In this document: positions 35,012 through 50,337 of the stretch, piece after piece | How the letters are laid out: every line of letters starts with the position of its first letter | Position numbering within the stretch: position 1 is the first letter of the stretch | From: Trichodelitschia bisporula | Taxonomy: Eukaryota | NCBI GenBank assembly: GCA_010356995.1 | Contig: ML996696.1 | Span: 188,364-252,363, forward strand | DNA length: 64,000 nucleotides | Direction: 5' to 3' | Position numbers and translations under genes: made by a program | The notes under the pieces: model-generated | Told to the model about the DNA's origin: nothing | What the model saw: only the letters and a program-made list of their open reading frames with translations | Databases searched by the model: none

Positions 35012-35670
35012 AAAGATTTCAGCACTTCCAGCTTCAATCGACCGAGGGAAAAGAGTGCTGAATGGTGGGACTCTCAATCTGCCCGCTAACTTTCAGGTCC
35101 GCCCTTTTTCCATTCATATTCGACGGCATGGTGCGTGTGCTTCAGCAGTGGCCGGCGGCAGTGGATATTTTCGAGGCTCACGGAGCGTATGGCGCATCTA
35201 AAATTGCTGTTCTTTCTTCATACAAGGATCTACGCCTGCACTGGTGTGGGAATGGATGCATAGCGATGACTCGGGGGCGTTAGAAATCACGGATCTAGGA
35301 GGCTCTTTCGACGCTGAGTTTCATGGGTATCAGGACTTCTTCCTTTCAGTAGTTCAGATATCCCGAGCGTGCCTGGTAGATACGAGCAAATGCACATCAT
35401 AGCCAGACCCCAAATGATTTGACACCGAAAAGTGGCGGGCCGATCGTTGGACGATGAACTGGCAAGAACATATGGTTGGTGGCACGTGTGCCTGCCCTAG
35501 CACGACGTCACTTTGTGAATGCTTCACCTCGAGAGTTTGTAAACAGGCCCTTCAAAAGCGCAAACAGCTGTCCCAATGCCCATAGCTGACTTATACATTT
35601 CGCATTACACTCCTTTTTCTCCAGCGGTCTCTTAAGGGCTTGTCGGTTCGCATCGTCCTATTCCAAGCGC

Positions 35671-37952
35671 ATGGCGTCGCCCGAGCGCTTGGAGCCTCCA
35701 GCCTCGGCCCTCCAGAGCACATATAGCAGCTGCTTCCAAGTCTGTGGGACTGCTGTCTACTTTGAAAATACTGTTCGTAGTTTTTTGATCTTTCGCTCTG
35801 AGTTTTACAGCTGTTAACTGTCATTCCCTTGACAGGGGAGAGAATTAGAGGCTCTCGCGTCGTGGAGCAATGCTCTCGCACAAATCCAATATCACCATCA
35901 GCACCTCATCCCCGACGATTATACCCCAATAAATGAGACCGAGGAGCTTCTGCAGATTCAGATTCGCAAATTAGAAGCCAAGTGCAAACAGCGGATAGCA
36001 GTCATCGAAGCCCGGTCCGCGATACGCCAGTTCGAGGCCGAACGACGGGAAAGAGAAGCCAAGGAGGAGCTCCCATCCCGTCCTACAACGGCCGGCAAAA
36101 CACCCGACCTCAATTTCTCGAGTGTCACAAAGCGGAAGGGTAAGACCAGCGCGGGTCCAAGCCCCCACCGCGCACACCGCGCCGATGAGGAGACTTTGAC
36201 CCGCAGCTTGCAACCCCATCCCACACCACCACCACCGACCATGGACCCTAAATACTCCTCCACCCGCGGCAGCGCATTCAATCCTTCATCCAACGCGATG
36301 CCTCCCTTATCGCGCACTGCATCTACTCCAGCTGCACAATCCTCTCGCAGCCCAGAGCGTCGCATGCCCCGCACCCTTCGCCCGACCGCACCGTCAAAAT
36401 CCAGTTCCAAGTCCCGATCCAACGTCCCTCGGCTGTCAGACACCAATCAACAGGTTGGTGCCACTCAAGCAGCGACGCAAGCATGGCACAATATGGCGGA
36501 AAAATCCTGGAGGTCGGCACGCGCTGATCTCGGGTTGGCCGGCAAAGCCAGCTCCGAGCCGCGCCTTGACAGACTGGCAGGGCCAAAGATGACCCTCCCC
36601 GACCCATCGTCCTTATACCCTCTGGTATCTGGTCGGGATCCTGTGCCTCATGGATCTCCACGCGCAGTTGCCCGTCATAAACCCCGTGAGCCACTGCCCG
36701 CGACTCGGGGAACTCCCAGTCTACGGTCGTACAACACCGCGGCCGACGAGCGGTCAGATCGTGCAGCTATCGACTCGCTTCCAGAATCGGAAGAAGATTC
36801 TGAAGGACCAGTGGCCTATTCCCCGATAATCCAGGAACAGACGGGGACTTTCCGGGCAGGTTTAGATGTGCCGGTTACCCCCCCCTCCGACGCACTACTG
36901 CCTGATGACTATGGCTTACTATATCAGAACGACATTCCTGGGCGAGACTTCGACGAGAAGAAAATCTTCCAAGAACTCAAATCGCTTGGCCTCGATAAGG
37001 GGGCAGTCAGCCAAGTCCTGAGGGAGATCGTACACCATGGTGACGTCGTGCACTGGGAGGATATCGCCGGTCTCGACGCTGCCAAACTCGCACTCAAAGA
37101 AACGGTAGTCTACCCCTTCCTCCGACCAGACCTCTTCAACGGCCTGCGCGAACCTGTTCAAGGAATCTTGCTCTTTGGCCCGCCAGGCACTGGCAAAACC
37201 ATGCTCGCGACTGCCGTGGCCACTGAGTCCAGGTCCACTTTCTTTTCCATCTCTGCCAGCACCCTAATGTCCAAGTATCTGGGCGACTCGGAGAAGCTGG
37301 TGCGAGCCCTCTTTGCGGTAGCTAAGCACTTCGCGCCGTCGATCATCTTCATCGACGAAATCGACTCTATCCTCGCAGCACGCGGCCATGGCGAGCACGA
37401 GGCCACCCGCCGCCTGAAGACGGAGTTCCTGATCCAGTGGTCTGGCCTGGCTCGCGCTGCTTCTGGCCGCACCCCCCTGGAGGCCGACGTGAAGCCGGTG
37501 CTCGTTCTCGCGGCGACTAACATGCCGTGGGCTATCGACGAGGCTGCGCGGCGCCGCTTCGTACGCCGACAGTACATTCCGTTACCGGACGGCGAGGTCC
37601 GTCGGATCCAGCTTAACAACCTGCTGCATCAGCAGAAGCACAGCCTCTCAGATGAAGACTTCGAAGAGCTGGTGCGCATGACTGATAGTACGTTGCCAAG
37701 GTTCTCGTATGGATATGTGCTAACAGGCTAGGCTTCTCCGGCTCAGATATCACAGCTCTGGCCAAAGACGCAGCTATGGGCCCGCTTCGCGCCGTGGGCG
37801 ACAAGCTGCTCCGTATGACGGTTGATGAAATTCGACCGATTCAGCTGGAGGATTTCAAGGCAAGCATTGTCAAGATTCGCCCCAGTGTTAGCCAGGAGGG
37901 CTTGGAGCGGTATGATGAGTGGGCGAAGAAGTTTGGTGAGAGCGGTGCTTAG
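35671..37952 (+). CDS. Spastin/fidgetin-like AAA ATPase (Sap1/Yta6 type)
   Basis: Exon 1 [34 protein letters not shown]; intron ~35773-35834; Walker A GPPGTGKT, Walker [27 protein letters not shown]; intron ~37688-37731; ends [10 protein letters not shown]. Confidence 0.9.
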
Positions 37953-40254
37953 AGATGTCTCGTTACCTTTTTCCGGTGCTGCTTGAGCGTGGGATTGCAT
38001 GGCGTCGCGTTCGTGGTGTATATATCGGCGTTGAGCGGCTCCTTTGACTGGGAGTGTGCATAGCGGGGCGCGGCGAGTCTTGTCGGCTCGGTATATAGGC
38101 GTTGTGTGGTCGGTGGATCGCAATTGACCGCTCTTACTCTGCCGATGCTATTCTTGTTCTGATACTGTGCTAACTACCCCCAAGGCAGCTATGATGAACC
38201 TCCACGTCCAGGTCGAAACCCGAATCCGGTTTTCATCCTCTCTGAGGGATTTCTTTGAAGGGCAGCGGCTGTTCGTGCCTCAAGCAATTGTCCATTCGAC
38301 ACTGTTGGGCATTTATTCCGTTCAGAAAATCGGATCTCGCCGTCAACATCCCGTCATTCCATCCTTACGCGTCAAGCCCACGCCCCAGCCGCTCACTTTC
38401 GACGCGACTCGCCGACCTCGACATGGCGGCAACTGATAGGGTTAGGGTTTCGACGCCATGTCTGGTCCTGCAAGGAAATTCGGCGTTTGGTTGGACAGCG
38501 CGTGTGCCCTTTCAGCTGCAGACGGTCGCTCTGCGTTTGGATTCGGTCGTTTCGCGCGTGTTACAGAAACCTGACTCCGTCTGAGTGATCTCGTTGGTTG
38601 GAACTGTATGATACGTGTGGAAAGCTGAGTGAATATGGGTGTAGTCTTGTTCATGGGGTGTGTTGGCTTCCTTGCTTTCAATGGGGGGGCTTTAGAAGTT
38701 TGTAGTCATGGTATGGCTATTTTGCGCGTTACGCGCGATATGGTATTTTTATTCGGATTATGTGCATGTGTTCCTGCGCGTGAAGATGTTCTCAAGAACA
38801 AGTGTTCATGGCGATGTCGGTCGGCTACTCGCGACTCCGTATACACTCCACCTGTATCGGGAAAAATCGCAAGCTTGCTCGGTCTGGCCCTTTAGTCGGA
38901 GCACAACTCCGCCAGTGCGAGGCGCGACGGTCGGTCTCCCAAAAAATGATCGCGAATTGAAGAGCTCCGAGAAGGGGCCCCAAGTATGAGCGGAGATCAC
39001 GGGGGTGGGTAGATAAAGGTCTTGTGGGTTGATGGGCAAAGTGAGCAAGAAGTCGCCGAGGGCCAGTTGATTTCGAATGGACTCCGTAGTAGTAGTGTCA
39101 CCTGCGGTCAGTGAGGAACATGAGGTCGATTATATCTACGCGAAGGACTCGGGTGCGTCCGTCTAGGGGTGATGTTGGATAACCGCGAGCATCAGCTTTT
39201 GAGTTCACCGAGGCAACCTCCAGCATAACCCTTCAAAACATTGGTTGTGGTGCTGTGGGATGCATTTCAATCCCAGCAGTTGAACGCCGTCAAAACTCCG
39301 GCGTCTCGAACTGATTCGGGAGAAATCTGCAGTACCCGCAGTCCGGAAAAGTCATCTGACATCAGCATCCGAACTGAAATCCCCACGATGCCATCGCGCA
39401 TGGTCTCTAGGGCCCAAGGGCCATCCGATAATATCGTGGCTGCCCTCATCCGCGATACCGCTTCGGCATGGCAGCTACGACTTTTCGGGTCTCTCTTGGG
39501 CTGCAGCCCTACGCTACGGTATGTGCATTAAATGGTCCGTGCCCAATGGGAGCCCTTTGGGGTGTGGCTGCTGGGGTTTGATTGGCTAGATTGCTCGCAT
39601 GTGGCGGTGCTTGCGGAATCAGGGCGAGATGGAGGAAGATATGGAGGTGGTGCATCACGACGAGTATGCCTGTATGGGACTTCATAACTGGGATGATGGG
39701 TCCTTTTGGGCTGAGGAACATGCTCTGTACTTATGATGGACATATATTGATGCGCTGATTTATGAGGGTTTACAGTGTTTATGAATTCAAACTTGAAATC
39801 CAAAGATAAAATCAGGTACTGAGCACGATGACATGCGAGGATGACGGGTATGCTGAGAAAATCCAAGGGGTAGCGCAAGGATTGCAAACACCATCAAGAC
39901 ATCTAAGGAAATAGGAGCACCACACAAATATGGTGCTGTATTGAGGCGGTCTCATGCCGAACGCTCAGCCTGGGGGATGGGTGAGATTCGGCGTCAAAGA
40001 CAGGGAGCGATATCACGGCACTGCGCGAAGAGGACAACGTCGATGGAACATCATGTATTTCTTTTTTCTATCTGAACCGAAGAACCATAATGCAACCCGG
40101 GGTATATCATCTTCAAGGCATGTCGAACCGCGGGACGCCTCGAACCCAACCCCATGTCTAATGCTCTTTATGATGCCTAGACCATTCCCGAACTCCGAAG
40201 AATGCTACCATGCCGCTGAAGTAGCTGAACCAAAAAGGACGACGCACCACAAGT

Positions 40255-41954
40255 CTAGGACTGAGTAGGATCCATACCAGTACCAAGGCCAAGCTTGGTG
40301 GTGCGAACAATCGAGGTGATGGGTGTCAAGATGCCGTTCCCGCCGAGCCTCCCCAGAGGAGTTCCAGGAACCCAGCCCAGCTTCTCGATCATAAGGCGGC
40401 CCTTGTTGTCAAGGGAAATCTCCTTCGCCTTCGCACCGACAATATGGCCGTTCTTGGGAGAAGCTGCGGCAAACTTGCTGCCGCCAAAGACATGAGGAGC
40501 ACGCCCAGCAGCAGCGTTGCGGCTGGCCCGAGAACCGCCGAAGGAACGAACCTTCTTTGCGAAACCCATCCCCACTTCGCGCACGGCGGACATGAAACGC
40601 TCCTCGTCATACTCCAGCGCCTCATCAGACTTGATCAGGTATACGGTCTTCGCGTTGGCCTTCCGGCCAGTCGCGTGAACGTCGACATCCAGACGAAGGC
40701 CAAGCCGGTCGACGAACTGCAGCTCTCGGCCATTGAGACCATACATGATGAAATGCCTATGAAAATTATAAGTCGATTCCGGAAATCAGTATAGAGCACA
40801 CATACTTGCTCGAAGACGCAAGGCATTTCCTGAAGTCCTCTTGAATAGCCCAGATAAAGGAGTCGTAGGTATAGTCATCCGCTTCGGGAACCTCAGGAAC
40901 CTCGGGTGCCTTGAACTTGTTCTTCCTTCCCAGAAGTCCCTGGGCGCGAAGCTGCTGGCGCTTCAGCTTCAGCTCCTTCTTCTTGAGGCGATCCTTCCTG
41001 AAGGATTCAAGCATGTTGTGCTTGAGGTCCTCATCAATGTCGGCATCCATGATGTCCTCCTCTTGACGACGCCGATACATAGCGGTAGGCCCAGAAGGAC
41101 TCCCAGACCCCGTAGATGAATCGTCGAGGCTGTAGGCATCATCGTCAAGCGAAAGATTTCGCATTGCCAAGATGGAGGCCATGCTGAGATCATTTGTGGT
41201 CGCATCCATGTCAACCGCGACCTCAGAGGCATCTGAAGCCTCGCCGGAATCCTCGCCGGCACGAACTTCATTGGCGCTGGAGCCAGACGGAGCAGCGCCC
41301 AGGGTGGACGAGTTCGTCCCAAGGTCGACACCGCCGAGATCGGGAGAAGTCGGAGGGGAGACCTTACCGGAGTGGATCTCGGTCGAGAATCTGCGGACGA
41401 CAACCGTCGCCTCTTCCTCGATGTAGGCGAGGATTTCCTCGGCGCCGGAGGCAGATGCGCTGAAGTTCTGAGTCTGAGAGGGCTTCCCGGAATGGTCAAG
41501 GATTTCGGCGTTGACATCATTGGCATTGCTCAGCCGACCAGGATATGTGACGACATCAGAGTCATCCGAGGAGGTAGGAGAGCCTTCCTTGGCGGCCAAA
41601 GGGGCAGGAGCCTCCGGGTCAGGGACATCGACACGATGCGACAGAAGGAAGCCGCCGCTCACGAACTGGACCGGCTTGAGGGGCTTCTTGTAACTCATGT
41701 CAAGTTCGACCTCGAAGCGCCGTGCGGCGCGGTTCGCCTGAGTGGATCGCGCCTCAGACACCATTGAGCCAGGGATCGATGCAGCTTTCTCATAGCCTGC
41801 AGGAAATGGTTAGTTACAATGCACGGCGGAGGGGACAAGGTAGAATTGGCTCACGCTTGAGCGCCTCGGGAATGTCCAGCTCCCACTCAGTGGGGCGGGG
41901 AGCACGGCGAAGCTGGGGCTTCTTGCCGACCATGTTCTGGGCCTTCGGCGCCAT
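40255..41954 (-). CDS. G-patch protein, SQS1/Pfa1-like, with a degenerate R3H-like region
   Basis: PVQFVSGG near the N-terminus; C-terminal G-patch NKGRLMIEKLGWVPGTPLG...GILTPI...KLGLG; introns 41797-41854 and 40757-40805. Confidence 0.75.
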
Positions 41955-42913
41955 GTTTGTCACTCGCGCGAGGTTGATGATGGGTGATGTAGAGGAGGAT
42001 GAGGGTGGCGAATTCAGTTGAAAAGTTTTGGTACAGAAGGAGTAAAGCAGAATTGCTTGCAATCTCGTTGATATGTAGTACGAGGAGCAGATCAAGAGAG
42101 TGTAGAAGGTGGGGATAAAGAGCAAAGGAAGAAGTGAAGGTTTGAGAAATGGAGGTTTATGGAGAGCCACAGTACAACCCGGGGGCACGGACCGCCGGCT
42201 GCCGAGTGAGCGGGACGCTTCCGCCGCTATACCGAATGTGGTCATCGACGTTGACCCAGGCCTGCGCACCTGCCAAGCGGGCAAACGGTGAATGCTGGGC
42301 GCACGTGATACCCCCGCAATAGGCTAAGTGCAAGCTTCATGCACCGCCGCAATGACGGCTCCACCCCCACCAGCCACCAGCCGCAAATGCGAGTGCACTG
42401 GCCACCAAACTGACCAGACGGGGCCACAAGGCGACCAAGCTGCAAGTGGGTTGGGACGTTGACGCTTGTCACCTCCACTGCTCACCTCCGTTGCTCACTC
42501 ACCAAACCCCCACCAGCCTAGAGCTCCAGCTCTCCATCCAACCTCCCATAGCGTCATTTTTGTTTACCGCGTGCATCTTCCCTTCCAGCATCTCAGCTGC
42601 GATACCGGTTCTTGACACATCTCGACCTTCTGGAGCGGACAAACTCACCTCTGTCCCTGTTCACAGGCCTTCTCCCCCGTTCACGGGATACTTGTAGCAC
42701 CTCCGCCTATGCCATCCTAGCTTTTGAGAAACTCTCTCTGCCCTCCAGCGTGTTTCTTCCTCTTCGTGTGCAGGTTAGGCATTCTGTGCCTGGATGTTTG
42801 CCTTGCTCTTGCAGTCTTCCGCGTCACATCACGCGAGCCGACCCCACCCCCAGCTGTCTTAGCGTTCACACGCCTCTCCATCTGGCCACCCGAGGGCGCT
42901 TCGACAAAAGCTC

Positions 42914-44392
42914 ATGGCGAACGTCGAGATAGCCCGTTACGGAAAGAAGTTTGTCCAGTACTTCTGGGACCCGATGCCGACGAACGAGAACGACTCGGCT
43001 CCGATATGGTGCCTGGGTCGACGCTATGAAAGTAGGCCACCACAGGTATCCAGGCAGTCCTCTCCAGGCTCCATGGCCCCCTCATTACCTCCGAGCTCTG
43101 TTTCTCGCACGTCCGAGGTGCCGTCAGAAGAAACAAGCTGGGTTGGTGAGGAAGGCTATGATACCCTCAAGGACGAAGCCGCACCAACCGAAGCAAAGGC
43201 CGAGGACGGAGGCTGGCCCGTAGCCTTTCTCGATGATTTTGAGGCTCGTTTTTGGTTTACGTATCGATCAAACTTCCCGGCTATCGCAAGGTCCCAGGAT
43301 CCTAAAGCCGCTTCCGCCTTAAGCTTCGCAGTTCGCCTGCGGAGCCAGCTGGCGCAGGCGGACGGCTTTACTTCAGACACCGGCTGGGGGTGCATGATAC
43401 GTTCCGGACAGAGCTTGCTCGCAAATACGCTTCAGATACTTAGGTGTGGCCGAGGTACACATATCCCTCTGCCTGTAGTCTCCGAGGCTGACGGTGCTTT
43501 TCTTAGACTTCAAACCCGAGACCCACCCAAAAGAGCAGCGTGAAATAGTGTCCCTGTTCGCCGATGACCCTCGCGCTCCGTTTTCCATTCATAAGTTTGT
43601 CGAATACGGCGCATCCGCTTGCGGCAAGCATCCCGGGGAGTGGTTTGGACCATCGGCCACTGCCCGTTGTATACAGTTTGTGCCCTATTTGTCATAACTG
43701 ACGAGGTCCACGGATGTGTGCTGATGTATACAGGGAACTGGTGAAGCAGTATGACACCGGACTCCGGGTTTACATTAGAGATGGTACCGAGGTGTATGAA
43801 GACAGCTTTCTTAAAGCTGCCATGACGAAGTCGGGCGAGTTTCAACCGACCCTGGTCCTCATGGGCGTCCGGCTAGGCATCGACAGAATAACGCCCGTGT
43901 ACTGGGAGGCCCTCAAAGTAGCGCTCCAAATGCCGCAGTCGATAGGCATCGCGGGGTAAGTGTTTATAGACCCTGTAAAACGGCGCGCCAACCACTAACA
44001 CCCTTGACAGAGGCCGCCCTTCTTCGTCACACTATTTCGTTGGCACCCAAGCTTCGTGGTTCTTCTACCTTGATCCGCACTTCACACGCCCCGCGCTACC
44101 CCTGCACACAAACGTGGATGAGTACACAGAAGATGAATTGGCATCGTGCCACACGCGCAGGCTGCGGCGCATCCATATCGAAGAAATGGATCCTAGCATG
44201 CTGATTGGCTTCCTGATGCGCGACAAAGACGATTGGACGGCGTGGAAAAAGGCAATTTCGGCTGTGCCCGGAAAGGCCATCATTCATGTGGCCGATAAGG
44301 AACCGTCCCTTACGGGAACCGGCTATGAGCGGGAGGGCGCGATTGATGAAGTTGAGACATTTGATACCGAAGATGATGATGCCGAACTGTAA
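42914..44392 (+). CDS. ATG4: Autophagy cysteine protease Atg4
   Basis: FWFTYRSNF, SDTGWGCMIRSGQSLLAN, GEWFGPSATA, GRPSSSHYF and YLDPH motifs; three introns. Confidence 0.96.
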
Positions 44393-44655
44393 TGATAGCC
44401 TGGACTGAAATGAATGGTGTCAGACATCTGACGTGATAGTGAACTTGGACGCGTCTGAAGTGATCAAAAGAACCCGAAAATCTTACATATCTGAAGTGGT
44501 CAAAACTGCGGGTCAGTATCAAAATGCGTAAAATTCAAAGTCACAGAACACAGTGCTGACAAAAAAAAATGATGGAAAGCAATAGCAGTAATTACTTTCC
44601 AGGCGTGTAGTTTAGTGTACACTCCGACCACCAGACAGCAAACCATGAGACATCA

Positions 44656-45388
<733 letters not shown>

Positions 45389-46130
45389 TTCGATGAGTTG
45401 GAAGATTGGAGGTTGAAAAGCGAGAAAGTGGAGTGCGGAAGATTTGGTTGAAATGGACAGACGAAGCTGTTGGGGCTTAGGTGGATGACGGACGGAGTTT
45501 GCGGATTAGAAAACGGCAGGTGATGGAAGAAAGTTGAAGGGAAGAGAGGGCAGGAGCGGGCGTGGCAGGTACTTATGGAGCGACGCGAGCAGCTTGTTGA
45601 TGGGGCCGGGGGGGTCGTGAGGGCTTGGAGTGGTGGAGGGTGGTAGGGGTGGGGGGGTGGTTGGTTGGCAGAGTGAATGGGAGAATCGCATCAGCTTTCT
45701 CTCTCCCTTGAAGGCTGCTATTCGACGCGACGGGCGCGCTAGCAACTACTCGCTTGATGCACGCCAAGTCCGGCAACCAAAATTCACCAAAACACGCTTC
45801 CTCAGGCCCAGGCGTTCTGGCACGGACCAGCTTGAGGCCCCAACACAATCAACAGCAAGCAACAATCGCCTCAGCAAGTCTTCCACGTCGGGCTTAGCGC
45901 AGTTTCGTAAAATTATTTACATGATCTCACCGACCGCGCCGGGATTCAGTGCGCGTCTTTAAGAGAGCCCCCGTCCACCTGCCTTCTGCCCCTCCTCTGC
46001 TTCTGTTTTCCATCACCAGTCCACTCCCCAACCACCCAACTTCTTCAGCTCCACCGCACGTCTTCGGTTTTCCACCTCCAACTCGCCCACTCACCTAAAT
46101 TTCCCCCCAAATCCAACGAACACCTTCAAA
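45389..46130. promoter_or_regulatory. Bidirectional H2B-H2A promoter
   Basis: Divergent histone pair; several ACGCG/CGCG boxes (45583, 45726, ~45951). Confidence 0.75.
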
Positions 46131-46759
<629 letters not shown>

Positions 46760-47050
46760 TGAGGCATTGATCACTGTGGTTGTGTGTAAACTACATCCGT
46801 GAATAATGGATGAGGAAATGAATCTCTAAGGCAATTGCTTCTGACTGTGATATCCTCAAATGCAATCCCTTTTTATCGGAACTTCTATCTTTTGAAATGT
46901 GATGTTTGAATTCAGCGTGCATCTTGGACTTGTTCTTTAGCTTCTGGCCTGTGCGAATTCGGTACACCATTATCAACTTGATTTCATGCATGCAGTTCGA
47001 AGCGCCTAGATTTTGATGCGATATCTATTCTACAACCCAAACTACCACAT

Positions 47051-47598
47051 CTACAGAGTCATATGCGGGGGAGCTGTAATTTCAGTATTAGCGTTCTCCA
47101 GATGCCATAAATGACATTTGTGAGCACTCACGGTCCAGAATCGGCGCTGGGAGGTTGCGCTCGTACTTGGAACCTGGGTGACGTTAGATACGTGCCAGCA
47201 TGACGAATCCCGAATCCACATACCACCAGGCGCAGTCGGCGGCCTATACGGATCAGGGTGCTTCCACTTCTCCAGCAGGCCCTCAGCTTCGTCCATGAGC
47301 GCCTTTGCGAATCATCAGTACGTGCTACGTCCACCTCCAGGGCACTGGGCCGGGTACCTTCAGCTGCCGCGGCTCGCGCACATTCTTGTTTGCCTCGAAG
47401 AGCGAGCGGATGTACAGCGCCTGGCCGCGCCAGATGTAACGATGGACGGCCCAGTTGAGGGAGAGCTTGAGGGCGCGCCTGTACAGGGACCTAGGGACGT
47501 GGGAGCAGGAGTCAGCGTATGTGCATTGGGAGAGGCGAATTAGGCTGTTGGCAGCTGGAGCAGGAGTGTACGCACAGGACGGCCGTCTTTTGCGACAT
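47051..47598 (-). CDS. Complex I subunit NDUFB9/B22 (LYR family)
   Basis: SLYRRALKLSLNWAVHRYIWRGQALYIRSLFEANK and WKHPDPYRPPTAPGG|SKYERNL; four introns. Confidence 0.92.
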
Positions 47599-48035
47599 GG
47601 TTGCGCGACCTGGACGGCGTGACGGGCGCTGGTGATGCGGTCGTGATGGTGGTATTTGGGGGTGGGGATGGGTGGTAAGTGTTAGGATCGCGGATGAACG
47701 GCCGGCAGCTAGCGGGCCATGAGCGGCCTGCCAATTGCCAACTGCGCACCCTTCCCTTCCCTGACGCCAGTGACGCCCCGAGTTCGAGGAAACACTAACC
47801 CAAGTCACAACCCCCAAAAGCTTGCTACATTACTCAACAAAAGCCGCAACCTCCTTCCTTTGACCTGCGATCAAAGTTCCTGAAGTTTTTTAAAGTTGCA
47901 TGCGCTTAGGTATTTGCTCTATTCATTACAGCGTCTGCCAATGCCCCACTCACCCGCGCAGGAGAGCAAGTCATAGCCTAGCTGCCCGCATCGTCAAAAC
48001 CCGCCCTTCCCGAACCCGGCTCACTCTCGCACATT

Positions 48036-49488
48036 ATGCTCGCCAGATCACTTCTCCTGCGCAAGGCTGCTGCCTTTGCATCGCCCAGCGTGCGCGCAAC
48101 GGCTATTCGCACACCGCTCCAATGGCACGTCCGCTACGCGACCACCGTCGTCAAGGTCCCGCAGATGGCCGAGTCCATAACAGAGGGCACCCTAAAGCAA
48201 TTCTCCAAGCAGGTTGGCGACTATGTCGAGGCCGACGAGGAGATCGCAACCATTGAGACCGATAAGGTAAGCAGGTTGAAGATTGCGCCTCTAGCAGCTC
48301 CGCGCTAATCTTGTGCGCAGATTGACGTCTCCATCAATGCTCCGGAATCGGGCACCATCACCGAACTTCTGGTCAAGGAGGACGATACCGTGAACGTTGG
48401 CCAGGATGTGGCGAAGATCGATACCGAAGGCAAGGGCGAGAAGAAGGCCGCTGCCAAGGAAGAGCCCAAGGAGCCTGCGCCCAAGGAGCAGGAGACGTCC
48501 TCGCAGCCGTCGGGTGAACAGGAGCAGTCTAAGCCGGAGCCTCCTAAGCAGGAGTCAAGGCCGGAACCCCCTAAGCAAGAAGAGAAGAAGCCGGAGCCTC
48601 CGAAGGTAGAGAAGAAGGCCCCTCCGCCGCAGCCCAAGCAGGAGGAGCAGCCCAAGAAGACTGATAGCCCCTTCGGCAACCGGGAGGAGAAGCGCGTAAG
48701 CAGCAGCTCTTTGAGCGTGTACGCGCTCCAAGCTGACTATGTCTAGGTGAAAATGAACCGCATGCGCCTCCGGATTGCCGAGCGTCTCAAGCAGGCGCAG
48801 AACACCGCGGCGTCGCTGTCCACCTTCCAGGAGGTTGACATGTCCGCGCTGGTCGATTTCCGCAAGAAGTACAAGGACGAGTACCTCAAGAAGACTGGCG
48901 TCAAGATCGGCTTCATGGGCGCATTCGCTCGCGCCTGCGTGCTGGCCATGAAGGAGATCCCCTCCATCAATGCCGGTATCGAGGGTCCTCACGGCGGCGA
49001 CACCATTGTCTACCATGACTACGTTGATATCAGTGTTGCTGTGGCGACGGAGAAGGGTCTGACGACGCCCGTCGTTCGTAACGTTGAGGGCATGAACCTG
49101 ATCGAGGTCGAGAAATCGATCGCCGAGCTCGGCAAGAAGGCTCGCGATGGCAAGCTCACGCTAGAGGATCTGGCTGGTGGTACTTTTACCATTAGCAACG
49201 GCGGTGTCTTCGGTTCTATGATGTCGACTCCCATTATCAACCCGCCTCAGTCCGCTGTACTCGGTCTGCACGCTATCTTCAACCGCGCTGTGCCCATCGA
49301 TGGCAAGATCGAGATCCGGCCTGTGAGTTTGACCTTATGCTCTTGGTTCAATATCCTCTAACGCGACATAGATGATGAACATCACTCTGACGTACGACCA
49401 TCGCCTGATTGACGGCCGGGAGGCTGCTACTTTCCTGGTCAAGGTTAAGGAATACATCCAGGATCCCGCGCGGATGCTATTGGCTTAG
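48036..49488 (+). CDS. KGD2: 2-oxoglutarate dehydrogenase E2, dihydrolipoamide succinyltransferase
   Basis: Lipoyl domain [11 protein letters not shown]...IETDK; catalytic [12 protein letters not shown]; three introns. Confidence 0.97.
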
Positions 49489-50337
49489 GAGGCTGAGATA
49501 GAACCTATGCTCATGTCCGTGAAGTAGCCGGTTGATGCCTAATGGTGACGTTGTGGCATTTGCCTCTGGACTTGTATAATATCTTTTGCACATTTCCTGG
49601 CATTTCAGGCCCTGTCGAGCTGTAAGCTCATGTCTGGTCCTAGTTGATAACTGCGTTCCAAGCATTGTGCAAGCGGCTGCTGAGCTCGATGATATTTGAC
49701 CCTGTGGTTTATGTGACGGTATGCTAGTGCCCTTGAGGCGGACGACGCCGTTAGCAATGTCAACATGCAAATCCTACTCGACACTGCAATTTCTGGAGGA
49801 GCTTCTTAAAAATTGTTATGGCACTTCTTGGACGTCTCTTCCGTTGAACGTCCGATTTTTATGATCTCCCGATGGGCGGTTGCTTTTGTGCCATTTTATT
49901 TGGTGATTGAGTTCATCTCCTTATTCTGAACTTGAAAACGAACTTCAGCACGAAGAAACCAAACTCAAGTTCCAGCAAATCGGACAGCAAGTCCGATCAA
50001 GAGAAATATCCATAATATAGATACTGTCGCGTCTCAATCTGATCGTATGATCGAGATCCCTTAAGACCCTGCCTTCTGACCCCATGCCGAGCAGTTCAGC
50101 GTGCATAGTCGCGCATATTCAACGTGGGCAAGGCCTCCACACCAAAAACGCGTCCAACCTCCCACGATCGCCAGCACAGCACCACCCACGCGAACCGCCA
50201 TAATGCACATCTAACAACTCAAAATACGCGAAGCTTCCTTCCAAGCATAGGTCTATTCGCGACCTTTCGATTCCGACGCGCAAACCGCACCCCCCCCAAC
50301 AAAAGATCGTGACAAAGACTGCGATCAAAACCACAAA

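Noticed and set aside
38473..38640. GGAAATTCGGCG resembling RNase P RNA CR-I
   Set aside because: No downstream CR-V (CCGA-containing P4 partner) at a suitable distance.
44454..44505. 16-bp direct repeat TCTGAAGTGRTCAAAA
   Set aside because: Two copies in the ATG4 3' region; no TIR, TSD or transposase evidence.
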